Positions 10,930 through 20,072 of a stretch of 64,000 nt of DNA are shown piece by piece. Under the pieces are notes generated by a model. It was not told where the DNA came from. It was given only the letters and a program-made list of their open reading frames with translations, and did not search any database. A program made the position numbers and the translations under genes. The stretch is taken from positions 4,667 through 68,666 of the forward strand of contig JAHJTF010000020.1 of assembly GCA_018830045.1 (NCBI GenBank). The letters are read 5' to 3'. This DNA comes from Patescibacteria group bacterium. GTDB taxonomy: Bacteria > Patescibacteriota > Microgenomatia > UBA1400 > PJMF01. Positions within the stretch are counted from its first letter, which is position 1. Each line of letters begins with the position of its first letter.

Positions 10930-12180
10930 ATGGCTGTTTCTGTAGAGCTCAAACGAGCATGGCGTGAATTTAGGAAAGAACACACAGCTCCTATTTACTC
11001 AAGAGAGGCGCAGTTAGCTATGGGAGATTGGGCCGGAGGATTGGCTCAAGGATTATTAAGTACTGAAGTCTTAGGATTTATTGGGAATAAAATAACTCAA
11101 TCGAATAAAAAATTATATAAGCGAATAGTCGAAAAACAAGGACAAGTGCGAATTGATGTTCAACGAGATGGTAACTTTCGAGTGAATCCACAAGCAATCA
11201 CAGATACAAGTCTTCCCAGATATCTTTTAAGAAAACCAGATGTAATCCCGTCGGTGATAAATGATCTAATCGTTTCACCTGAAGTCATAAAAGACACATT
11301 GGTTAAACAAGCAACAAGGATAACTTTTGGAGAAAAAACAGCACCTTCTGAAGTTACTTCAGATCAAATTGGAATGCTTGCGCAAGCCGTCTTGGGATTA
11401 GCTATTGAAGCCAAAATTAATCTAAGAGATTTGCAAACAGCAACGAGTAGTAACCCAGGAAAAAAACAAAGTTTAACAGAAAGCGTATTTAAAATTCCAT
11501 TTGATGAATTTTTTATTCCAGAAAAAGTAGTGAGCGGATGTCTTTTTGATGAAGAGAAAGGTGTTTATACCGACACTCGAGGAAGAGAACATCATTTAAC
11601 TATCAACAGCCAAGGAGAAACTTTTGTTTTAGTGAAAGGTGTAGGCGGGAGATATTATTTTAAAACAATTAATGGTCAAGATACCACCGTATTAAGAGAA
11701 ACAGCTTTAGGATTAGAACAAAAACTAATATCGAAAAGAGAATTTATTCATTTATCAAATATTAGAGAAAGAAGAGCACCAGAATCAAGATTAAATTCTT
11801 TAATGACAAATATGGGTGATTTTGTGTTTAACGTTTTTCAAACTGTAGCTAATGGAAGAAATAGAATAAATGTCATCAGAAGATTGACTCAGTTCCTTAC
11901 AGGTTCTAGAGAAATACGGATAACGCCTGATCATCGAGGACTATTTATGCATAAAGGACGAATAATAAAAACATTTACATATCCCCATATTGGACAATTA
12001 AATTGGTTGGAAGGTAATCAATATACTAATGAAAGTGAGACCCCCGTTGATGTATCAGGCATTGAATTAACAGTCACAGAAAATATTCTTACTCGTTTAA
12101 GAGATTTAATCTGGGAAATGCTTAACAAAAATGCTTCATCTGTAAAAGTGGGTGAAACATCACTATCCGCCGCAGATTAA
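10930..12180 (+). CDS. Hypothetical protein (orphan cargo gene in the island)
   Basis: 416-aa ORF with no recognisable motifs. It is followed 170 bp downstream by IR-element copy C and a terminator. Confidence 0.4.
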   Translation: MAVSVELKRAWREFRKEHTAPIYSREAQLAMGDWAGGLAQGLLSTEVLGFIGNKITQSNKKLYKRIVEKQGQVRIDVQRDGNFRVNPQAITDTSLPRYLLRKPDVIPSVINDLIVSPEVIKDTLVKQATRITFGEKTAPSEVTSDQIGMLAQAVLGLAIEAKINLRDLQTATSSNPGKKQSLTESVFKIPFDEFFIPEKVVSGCLFDEEKGVYTDTRGREHHLTINSQGETFVLVKGVGGRYYFKTINGQDTTVLRETALGLEQKLISKREFIHLSNIRERRAPESRLNSLMTNMGDFVFNVFQTVANGRNRINVIRRLTQFLTGSREIRITPDHRGLFMHKGRIIKTFTYPHIGQLNWLEGNQYTNESETPVDVSGIELTVTENILTRLRDLIWEMLNKNASSVKVGETSLSAAD

Positions 12181-12345
12181 TTCAATTTATACAAAGTAAT
12201 TTTCCGGAAAGTATCGTGCCTTATTCAGCCGATTATGTACCTCCATGATTTGTAAAACATCTCGAATTGTGTGATACACAGAAAAGAAGATTAAAGAGAA
12301 AAAGACAAACCGTATAGTTTTTGACATAATAGTTTTTTATTATTT

Positions 12346-12446
12346 CATCTAACGTTTGCGTATATCTGATGTTTTGCGAAGCGTAGCGGAGCAAAATATG
12401 GGTGGAGGCTCTGCAAGAGCCGTAACCAGATATACGCTGTTAGCTT
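12346..12446. repeat. Structured inverted-repeat element (copy C), MITE-like or attC-like
   Basis: The outer IR gcgtatatctg (12358-12368) pairs with cagatatacgc (12427-12437). Extended imperfect arms ctaacgtttgcg…/…cgctgttagc carry unpaired bases. Internal hairpins are ttttgc…gcaaaa and ggctct-gca-agagcc. The termini ATCTAAC…GTTAGCT fit the attC R''/R' consensus RYYYAAC…GTTRRRY. Confidence 0.55.
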
Positions 12447-12466
12447 GATGTAATTCTTTTCTTTTT

Positions 12467-12490
12467 CCCGACAGCAGTCGGGGTTGTTTT
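12467..12490 (+). terminator. Rho-independent terminator
   Basis: cccgac-agca-gtcggg stem followed by gttgtttt, downstream of the 10930..12180 gene and IR copy C. Confidence 0.45.
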
Positions 12491-12579
12491 AAAAATTTTC
12501 AAATTTCTTTTTCCGTTTTGGGCGAAGGGCAGAGGGGAATTAAAGGGGTGAATGCCCGAGCCCAAAACACCTTTGTCGT

Positions 12580-12834
12580 CTATTTTTTGATTTTGTTGAA
12601 CAATGCGGCAAACAACCAAACGGCAAGAATAGTCACGATGTTCCAGATAACTAAACCTGAAATAAAGTAACCGAAGTTAAGAAAATCTGACTTAAAAGAT
12701 ACATCGGTATGCAGGGAAAATCTCATAAATAGTTCTCTGCTTGGCGGGTAGATTGCTACGCCAGCAAAACAGATTGTATAAACAATGCTTACCCAAGCTG
12801 AAGCGACTTTTATCAAATGTTTTAAATTTATCAT
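12580..12834 (-). CDS. Small membrane protein (2 TM), hypothetical
   Basis: 84-aa hydrophobic ORF immediately downstream of the P-type ATPase on the same strand. Confidence 0.35.
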   Translation of the reverse strand: MINLKHLIKVASAWVSIVYTICFAGVAIYPPSRELFMRFSLHTDVSFKSDFLNFGYFISGLVIWNIVTILAVWLFAALFNKIKK

Positions 12835-12873
12835 ATTTTTTAAATTAATTAATTTAATTAAATTCGACCTTTA

Positions 12874-15054
12874 TTATTTTAGTGCTTTGTTTTTTAAAAG
12901 TACAGCATTGACGGCCACAATAATAGTACTTAAAGACATAAACACTGCCGCCAGTGCCGGTTGAAGCAGTATGCCTTTAAAAGCAAGCGCGCCGGCCGCG
13001 AGAGGCAAGGCGAAAATATTATATCCGGTTGCCCAAAAAAGATTTTGGATCATTTTTGAATAGGTCAGCTGGGACAACTTAATAATTTTAACAATATCCC
13101 GGGGATCATTTCTGACGAGAATGATCCCCGCTGACTCAATGGCAACATTGGTACCTGCGCCAATCGCGATGCCAAGGTCAGCCTGCGCCAAGGCCGGAGC
13201 GTCGTTAATGCCGTCACCGACCATCGCGACCCTTAAGCCCCGACCCTGCAATACCTTCACCTTTTCAGATTTTTCGTGAGGAAGTACCCTGGCAAAATAT
13301 TCATCGATGCCAAGCTCTTGGCTGACCCATTTTGCTACATCTTCGGAATCACCAGTAATCATCGTAGTTCGAATTCCGATATCCTTAAGTGCTTGTATTG
13401 CTTCACGGGACTCCTCCCTAATAATGTCGGCGAGAGCCAATGCTCCCAAAAGCACTTGATCTTTGACAATAAAAACGATTGTCTGTCCTTTTTTGCCGGC
13501 ACCCTGAACCTGTTTAGTAAGTTCAACGGGAATATTGATTCCTATACTTTCAAGAAGCGATGGGCCGCCCACCATAACCTCTTTTTCTTCAATAAACGCT
13601 TTTACTCCTTTGCCTTTCAATGCTTCAAACTTTTTTGGCTCCTTTAGAGAAAGTCCTTGTTCCTTAGCTTTCGCAACAATCGCTTTTGCAATTGGATGCT
13701 CCGACAGGGCATCGAGAGAAGCGGCTAATTCCAAAATTTCATCTTCAGTATGATTGCCGACACTCCACACCTCCACGACTCCGAATTCTCCCTTTGTAAG
13801 CGTTCCTGTTTTATCAAACAGCACCGTATCAATAGTACGAGCAGCTTCCAAAGCGATTCTCTGTTTTACAAGAAAACCATTCTGTGCCGCTTTTGTTGTA
13901 GAGATTGAAGCAACAAGAGGCACCGCAAGCCCCAACGCATGCGGGCAGGCGATTACAAGCACCGCTACAAGCCTTGCCACAGCAAAACTAATTTCCGCGC
14001 CAGTCGCAAGCCAAGCGATCAGAGTGATAATGCCACTTGTAACGGCGACGATAGTTAAATATAGGGCGGCTTTGTCTGAAAGAATTTGTAATCGTGATTT
14101 TGATGCTTGCGCTTCGGCAACTAATCGCATAACTCCAGCGAGAAAGGTTTTTTCGCCAATATTTGCAATGTTAATTTTAAGCGCTCCATCACCGTTTATG
14201 GTACCTGCAATGACAGAATCCCCGTCTTTTTTAGAAACCGGCTTTGATTCTCCGGTAACCATAGACTCGTTCACATTTGATTCGCCGTCTATTATTTTGC
14301 CGTCCGCCGGGATTTTGGCTCCGGGTCGTACGAGCACCACATCATTCTCACGAAGTTCAGAAAGAGGAATAGTTTCCGTTTTCCCATTGCGAATAATTTC
14401 GGCAGTATCGGGGAGCAATTTAGATAATTCTTTTAGCGCGCCTTGCGCGCCACTTACCGCGCGCATTTCAAGCCAGTGGCCGAGAAGCATAATGGTTATA
14501 AGTGTCGTAAGTTCCCAAAATAAGACTTCTTCACCGGCAAAAAACGCATAGATGCTCCAGAAATAAGCCGCTGAAATGGCAATACTTATAAGCGTCATCA
14601 TCCCGGGCAAGCGTGCTTGAATTTCTCGCCAAGCGCCAACGAGAAAAACCCAGCCGCCATAAAAAAATACAATTGAACCAAATATCAAGGGCATGTATGT
14701 TGATCCAGAAAATTCCGGCGGCGACCATTTAAAAATCTTTTCAATAACATCAGCGTACAATACCACGGGAATCGTGAGCATCAGACTTATCCAAAATTTT
14801 CTAAAAAACATTGCGGTGCTGTGGCCCGCGTGCCTGCCCGCCGTAGCTTTAGCGAAGGCTGGCCTACTTGCGGAATGATCATCATGAGGTGATTTTTTTG
14901 GGTCGCGCATAGAATGATCCATTTTCATTTCCATCCCCATCTCTTTTTTTATGAGAATGAGATTCATACCACATTCCGGACATATTCCAGGTTTATCCCA
15001 CTGTACCTCCGGATGCATAGGACAGGTGTAAAAATTTTTAATATTATTTGTCAT
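12874..15054 (-). CDS. Heavy-metal (copper) translocating P1B-type ATPase, CopB-like (CPH motif) with His-rich N-terminus
   Basis: Carries DKTGTLT, GDGINDAPAL and the transmembrane CPH motif (ACPHALGLAVP). The N-terminus has a Cys motif (CPMHPEV…CPECGM) and a His-rich stretch (DHSMRDPKKSPHDDHSASRP…HAGHS). Confidence 0.85.
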   Translation of the reverse strand: MTNNIKNFYTCPMHPEVQWDKPGICPECGMNLILIKKEMGMEMKMDHSMRDPKKSPHDDHSASRPAFAKATAGRHAGHSTAMFFRKFWISLMLTIPVVLYADVIEKIFKWSPPEFSGSTYMPLIFGSIVFFYGGWVFLVGAWREIQARLPGMMTLISIAISAAYFWSIYAFFAGEEVLFWELTTLITIMLLGHWLEMRAVSGAQGALKELSKLLPDTAEIIRNGKTETIPLSELRENDVVLVRPGAKIPADGKIIDGESNVNESMVTGESKPVSKKDGDSVIAGTINGDGALKINIANIGEKTFLAGVMRLVAEAQASKSRLQILSDKAALYLTIVAVTSGIITLIAWLATGAEISFAVARLVAVLVIACPHALGLAVPLVASISTTKAAQNGFLVKQRIALEAARTIDTVLFDKTGTLTKGEFGVVEVWSVGNHTEDEILELAASLDALSEHPIAKAIVAKAKEQGLSLKEPKKFEALKGKGVKAFIEEKEVMVGGPSLLESIGINIPVELTKQVQGAGKKGQTIVFIVKDQVLLGALALADIIREESREAIQALKDIGIRTTMITGDSEDVAKWVSQELGIDEYFARVLPHEKSEKVKVLQGRGLRVAMVGDGINDAPALAQADLGIAIGAGTNVAIESAGIILVRNDPRDIVKIIKLSQLTYSKMIQNLFWATGYNIFALPLAAGALAFKGILLQPALAAVFMSLSTIIVAVNAVLLKNKALK

Positions 15055-15400
15055 AATTTTATAGTTTAATTGTTGTTATTGCGTCTGTTTTTCCCTTATA
15101 AATAAATCGTTTTCGTAGCCCCGCATCGGGTGCGGGGTAAACTTCGCGGAGAAAACTCCTTATATTCCCCTTTATAAAAAAGAAAAACAAAATCGTATTC
15201 TTTTTAAGAGCTGGGGCGATAGCCCCAAAAGGAAAACATGTATTTCAGCTAACTCCTTTTTATACGAATATTCTTCGTTATAAAAACCAATTATTGTATT
15301 TTTTACGAAGTCTTGTTAAACTTGCACCCAAGTTATTGATCTCAAATTACAAATTATAGATATTATATTTTTACTCTTCACATTTTACCACAAACTCATC

Positions 15401-16219
15401 ATGAACATTCACAGCCAACTCACTTTAACCGAACAAGAATTACTGTTAAGAAATTATAGTTCTAAAACTATCTCCAGCTATTTATCTGCACTCAAAAAAT
15501 ACTTAGTCTTTAAACAAGCGCGACTTTATAAATTAGATCTGCAAAATATCAAAAAATTTCTTCTTCAAGCTCAAAAAAACCACCTTTCACCTCAAACTCG
15601 TAATTTGTATCTCAGTGTAATTAAATTTTATTATTATCAAGTCATCAAAAATACGCAAAAAATTGAGCTTAGATTTGCTAAAAAAGCCAGTAGTTTACCG
15701 GTGGTTCTTTCTAGAAATGAAGTTAAACAACTCCTGCAAAATACCCTTAACGTCAAGCATCGCTTAATGCTGGCGCTTAGTTATGGAGCTGGGTTGCGGG
15801 TGAGTGAAGCAATGAGCCTGCGGGTGAGAGATCTTGATCTTGATCAACTCACCATTCATCTCAAACAAGCCAAGGGCAGCAAAGATAGAATTACAGTTTT
15901 CCCTCAAAAATTATCTACTAAAATTCAAAACCTCATTGCTGGCAAAAATCATCATAATTTTGTTTTTGAGAGTGAACGCGGAGGTAAGCTCACCACGCGC
16001 ACCGCCCAACAAGTTTTTCAGCGCGCACGTCAAAAAGCCGGTATTAAAAAAAATGCCACCTTTCATAGCCTGCGTCACAGTTTTGCTACTCACTTATTAG
16101 AAAATGGTGTTGATGTGCGCTATGTCCAAGAACTGCTTGGCCATCAAAATATTCGCACCACCCAACGCTATACCCAAGTGACTAATCCGCAATTAAAAAA
16201 CATTATTAGTCCTCTATGA
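15401..16219 (+). CDS. Tyrosine site-specific recombinase (XerC/XerD-like)
   Basis: The C-terminus HSLRHSFATHLLENGVDVRYVQELLGHQNIRTTQRYTQV carries the R-H-R-Y catalytic signature. At 272 aa it is too short for an integron integrase. Confidence 0.8.
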   Translation: MNIHSQLTLTEQELLLRNYSSKTISSYLSALKKYLVFKQARLYKLDLQNIKKFLLQAQKNHLSPQTRNLYLSVIKFYYYQVIKNTQKIELRFAKKASSLPVVLSRNEVKQLLQNTLNVKHRLMLALSYGAGLRVSEAMSLRVRDLDLDQLTIHLKQAKGSKDRITVFPQKLSTKIQNLIAGKNHHNFVFESERGGKLTTRTAQQVFQRARQKAGIKKNATFHSLRHSFATHLLENGVDVRYVQELLGHQNIRTTQRYTQVTNPQLKNIISPL

Positions 16220-17412
16220 AACCTCAAGCCACCATCGCTCGCTCTCATTTATCCCCCCTTATTCTCGCTATCGACACCTCTTGCGACGACACCTCGGCGG
16301 CAGTAACTAGTGGCATCACTGTATTGTCAAATATTATTGCCTCCCAATCCCAACTCCATACTCCTTATGGCGGGGTTTTCCCCACCGTAGCCAAGCAAGC
16401 TCATCAAGAAAACATTGATCAAACTATCAAATTAGCCCTTAAACGCGCTGGGGCAGCATCATTTGGCGCTGGGACAGCATCATCTGGTGCTAGGATTGCA
16501 TCATTTGGCGCTGAGGTGGGGTGGGAGCAGATCCAAGCTATCGCAGTCACCCAAGGCCCAGGATTAGCACCAGCTCTAGAAGTAGGAATTGCCAAAGCCA
16601 AACAACTCGCTCTTAAACATAACTTACCACTCATCGCTGTCAACCATATTGAAGCCCATGCGCTTTCTCCACTCGCAAAGGCCAAACAACGAACATCCAA
16701 ACCCATCACTCCCAGCCACCACTTCCCAGCCCTTGCCATCGTCGTTTCTGGCGGTCATACCGAGTTTATAAAAGTTTCTCAGATTGGTGAATATCAACGC
16801 CTCGGCGCTACTATTGATGATGCTGCCGGTGAGGTTTTAGATAAGGTTGGCCGTATGTTAAATTTAGGTTATCCTGCTGGTCCAATCATAGAAAAATTTG
16901 CCCAAAATGGGGACAGGAAAAAACACTTAATTCCGTTACCCATGACAGACCGAGAAGATTTTAATATGAGCTTTAGTGGACTCAAGACTTGGGCCCGAAA
17001 TAAACTAGAAGAACTTGAGACCCAAAACTCACTTGATAGGCAAGGTGTTTATGACTTTACTGCATCATTTCAATACGGGGTGTTTAGGCATATTTGCTAT
17101 AAATTGAACAAACTGCTAAAAAAGCATCAAGTTGTCGAAGTCTGGCTGGGTGGCGGAGTCGCAGCTAACATCCAACTTAGACGAATGATACGCGAAACAC
17201 TCACGACCCATAGTCATAACTTTCTTTTGCCCAAAATTCAACTCTTAACCCCCTACACTAAACGCCTCTGCATGGACAACGCGGCTATGATTGGAATTAC
17301 TGCTAGTTTTCAATTTCAACAGCAAAAATTTGTCAAAAACATCAATGACTTAGAACGCAAACCCCATTGGGAAGTATCCAGTTGGAAAATTGGCAAATGC
17401 CTTGAAAACTAG
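16216..17412 (+). CDS. tsaD: tRNA N6-adenosine threonylcarbamoyltransferase TsaD (Kae1/Gcp family) with a low-complexity insertion
   Basis: Motifs ILAIDTSCDDTSAAV, HIEAHALS and VVSGGHTEF. The start overlaps the recombinase stop by 4 bp. Confidence 0.85.
   Translation: MKPQATIARSHLSPLILAIDTSCDDTSAAVTSGITVLSNIIASQSQLHTPYGGVFPTVAKQAHQENIDQTIKLALKRAGAASFGAGTASSGARIASFGAEVGWEQIQAIAVTQGPGLAPALEVGIAKAKQLALKHNLPLIAVNHIEAHALSPLAKAKQRTSKPITPSHHFPALAIVVSGGHTEFIKVSQIGEYQRLGATIDDAAGEVLDKVGRMLNLGYPAGPIIEKFAQNGDRKKHLIPLPMTDREDFNMSFSGLKTWARNKLEELETQNSLDRQGVYDFTASFQYGVFRHICYKLNKLLKKHQVVEVWLGGGVAANIQLRRMIRETLTTHSHNFLLPKIQLLTPYTKRLCMDNAAMIGITASFQFQQQKFVKNINDLERKPHWEVSSWKIGKCLEN
16451..16522 (+). repeat. In-frame 3x ~24-bp tandem repeat inside tsaD
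   Basis: gggcagcatcatttggcgctg / ggacagcatcatctggtgctag / gattgcatcatttggcgctgag, encoding AGAASFGAGTASSGARIASFGAE. Confidence 0.6.
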
Positions 17413-17416
17413 GCAC

Positions 17417-17911
17417 CTAGTCTTCTTTAATTTTCCCCGCCACCCACCAATACAAGGCCCCTAAAACTAATATAGATAATGCAACTAGCCACACAATTAT
17501 TCTGGAAACTAACAGCATTCGACTCCCTAGTCCCGATACTAAAGCCCAGGTTAAAATTACCGCTAGCAACCAGGCTAAAACTGCTGAAAATCTTAAGGCT
17601 GGTACAGTTAACTGTCTCTTTTTGAGTAGATGATCGGTCTGCCAAGAAGCAAACCAAACCAAACCAAACCCCATGACAATATAAATCCAGTGAGATAATA
17701 CCTCATGGCCAAAAAAAACGCGATTAAAAAAATCTGGCACCAGAATTAAGGTCACGCCTAAGACCCAATGAAGCACATTGTCAATTTTTATAACTTCCCA
17801 TGTCCGTTCCTGAACTTGGGAGAAAGTTATCCTCTCGAGAATTTTTTCATTACTAAATCGGGCAGGCTTGTCAAATCGGGCAGGCTCCGCTTTCACACCT
17901 GAGGTGTTCAT
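17417..17911 (-). CDS. Hypothetical membrane protein
   Basis: Hydrophobic ORF. The start is uncertain because the 5' end overlaps the RNR 3' end. Confidence 0.3.
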   Translation of the reverse strand: MNTSGVKAEPARFDKPARFSNEKILERITFSQVQERTWEVIKIDNVLHWVLGVTLILVPDFFNRVFFGHEVLSHWIYIVMGFGLVWFASWQTDHLLKKRQLTVPALRFSAVLAWLLAVILTWALVSGLGSRMLLVSRIIVWLVALSILVLGALYWWVAGKIKED

Positions 17912-20072
17912 AGTCAATATCCTCCATAATGGTCTCATCCTTTTCAATCTCATCTAAAACCCTCATAAACTCACTGATAGTGACTGGCTCCTCTGGTTGG
18001 TACTCATAAGCAGTCACACTTTGTTGAGGCATCACACTGCAAACTTTAACTTGACTTTGATACTTTTTAACCATCTCTGAATATTTTTTAAAACTGACTT
18101 TATCAGGATCATACTTGAGGGTATATGAAACTTGATTGCCTGTATCTGGCTCTAGGGGCAGGCCTGCCTGATCAACTCCTTGTAGCCAATATTTTTCTAA
18201 CAACATCAGCCATCTATATTGTTCCTCTGGAGTAGCTTCGCTAGCAGTAATGAGCTTATCTCCCATGCCGATTCGGCAAATGAGAGGTTGAGTAGGAAAG
18301 CCGACTGCTGTCGAGCCTTGATAGCTCCTGAGTTCTTTGACTGGATAGCCCTTTTTTTTGTATTTTTTGACTTGAGGATCATCACTACGATACTGCACCC
18401 ACCGGATGTACTCACGCATACTAGGCAGATGAGCTCCTTCGCTTAAAGCAAAAAGTTTAGATACTGTACCAGAGGGTTTAATGGTGGTGTTGGTATGAGG
18501 TACATTAACTTTTAATTTTTTGGCGTAACTCACTGCTTCCTCTACGACTGCCCGCTTAAACCGAGCAATGGTCTGCCAAAAATCTTGAGATTTTTCTTCA
18601 TCAACTAGATCTCTAAAACTATAACCAAATTGATTCCAGGCAAACTCATGAATACCGGTCATGCCCACCCCAATTCGATTGGTTCGCTTGACTTCTCTGG
18701 CGTACAAAGCATCCATGGTATTAACCCGAATTAAAGCGCGAGTGGCGGCTCTGAAAGCCTCTTCTGCATCATCGACCGTCGGAGCAAAATAAGGCACTAC
18801 ATCGCCAATCACACAATAGCCACCCAACAAATTTAAAGAGATTTCTCCACAGGGATTGGGAATCTGTGTATAAACTTTAGCACTTGCGTTTCTAGCCGCA
18901 TGAGCCAAAAACTTTTTAGTCCGATCCATAGGCTGATATTTATCACTCCCCGCATATTCACCATCTGCATAATCTTCCAAACCATCGTCGTTTTGAACTA
19001 GCTTGTGTTGATTAATAAATCCCGGTTCACCAGTACCATCTTCATAATGAGCTTTAATCATTGCCTCCAGTACTTTTTGGGCATGTTTAGTCCGCTGACG
19101 CCAGAATTTTTCATCAACTGTCACCGAGTTATTAGCACTCCACAGAAAACCACCCTTTTTGATAGTGATAAACTCAAATATTTCTGGGTCTGTCCAACGC
19201 TTGGTGGCAATCCGCGCACTACGTCTCGCCCCACCCACCAAAACACACTCAGCTAAGTAGTGATCAGCAAATAGGGCTTGCTTCCAGGGAGACATCCCCG
19301 CACCCTTGATTGAAGCTACTTTACCAATAGCTTGCATAAGTGGTTTTGGGCCAGACGAAGGACGATTCTGCATCCCTCTAATTGGCTGTCCTTTTTCTCT
19401 CACTTTAGAAAAGTCTAAAATTAACAAATCATCGCGATATTTTTTCTCATAAGCCATGATCTCGATCGTCTCCACCGCCTGAGCCCAGCCCTCTCGACTG
19501 TCTGGGACTTCGAACCAATGAACATGGCCATTGCTTTCACCATACTTGTGTTTAGCATCACGTACGTTCTCGTCGTCGCCCCAGACAAAATCTGGATGTT
19601 GGTCGCTAATCACACAGCGGACGTTGGGCATATGATCCCAATCCACTACGCACATGTCGTCATCGTAGGCCCGGCCGACTCCTGAACCATTCATTAATAA
19701 ATAAAATAATATGAAAGAAGAAGCGGCGGTACTGCAGTTAGTAAACACCTCCAAATTCCGACCAGCTTGAGTATCATCGCCATGTTGAAGATGTCGTCCT
19801 GACATCAAAAGCGAACCATTGCTGATGTGTTTGCGTAAAATTTGATATTCTGCTTTTTGATGTTTCAGATCATCCTTAATTAAAGAGGTGTTGCCGACAG
19901 ATACTCGTTCTGCCACCTCACTCCATTTTTCCCACCGCTCCCGACCAGTTTTGGGATTGGCCAGTTTCCGGAGGTAAGTTCTTCTAGCAACGGCTTTACC
20001 TAATCCCTGATCTAAGCGTCGATCCTCGAACTTCATTTGTTTTTTTGGTAGTATTTGGTTTTTTTGTAACAT
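17871..20072 (-). CDS. Ribonucleotide reductase, probable class II (adenosylcobalamin-dependent, NrdJ-like)
   Basis: 733 aa with the active-site motif IPNPCGEISL. The start ATG directly abuts the nrdR stop (TAA-ATG). Confidence 0.65.
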   Translation of the reverse strand: MLQKNQILPKKQMKFEDRRLDQGLGKAVARRTYLRKLANPKTGRERWEKWSEVAERVSVGNTSLIKDDLKHQKAEYQILRKHISNGSLLMSGRHLQHGDDTQAGRNLEVFTNCSTAASSFILFYLLMNGSGVGRAYDDDMCVVDWDHMPNVRCVISDQHPDFVWGDDENVRDAKHKYGESNGHVHWFEVPDSREGWAQAVETIEIMAYEKKYRDDLLILDFSKVREKGQPIRGMQNRPSSGPKPLMQAIGKVASIKGAGMSPWKQALFADHYLAECVLVGGARRSARIATKRWTDPEIFEFITIKKGGFLWSANNSVTVDEKFWRQRTKHAQKVLEAMIKAHYEDGTGEPGFINQHKLVQNDDGLEDYADGEYAGSDKYQPMDRTKKFLAHAARNASAKVYTQIPNPCGEISLNLLGGYCVIGDVVPYFAPTVDDAEEAFRAATRALIRVNTMDALYAREVKRTNRIGVGMTGIHEFAWNQFGYSFRDLVDEEKSQDFWQTIARFKRAVVEEAVSYAKKLKVNVPHTNTTIKPSGTVSKLFALSEGAHLPSMREYIRWVQYRSDDPQVKKYKKKGYPVKELRSYQGSTAVGFPTQPLICRIGMGDKLITASEATPEEQYRWLMLLEKYWLQGVDQAGLPLEPDTGNQVSYTLKYDPDKVSFKKYSEMVKKYQSQVKVCSVMPQQSVTAYEYQPEEPVTISEFMRVLDEIEKDETIMEDIDYEHLRCESGACPI

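Noticed and set aside
12503-12573. Inverted repeat gttttgggc…gcccaaaac downstream of the small membrane gene, considered as a terminator
   Set aside because: No U-tract follows on the minus strand, where A-rich sequence follows instead. It is left unannotated.
13754-14551. 265-aa Ser/Ala/Thr-rich ORF on the plus strand
   Set aside because: It lies entirely antisense within the P-type ATPase gene. Its low-complexity composition mirrors the codons of the ATPase on the opposite strand.
15401-16219. Tyrosine recombinase as integron integrase for the attC-like elements
   Set aside because: At 272 aa it lacks the extra IntI-specific domain. It is also about 3 kb from the elements and not in the divergent intI-attI arrangement, so it is annotated as Xer-like.
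16419-16739. 106-aa Ala-rich minus-strand ORF
   Set aside because: It is antisense to tsaD across its tandem-repeat insertion and is a low-complexity artefact.
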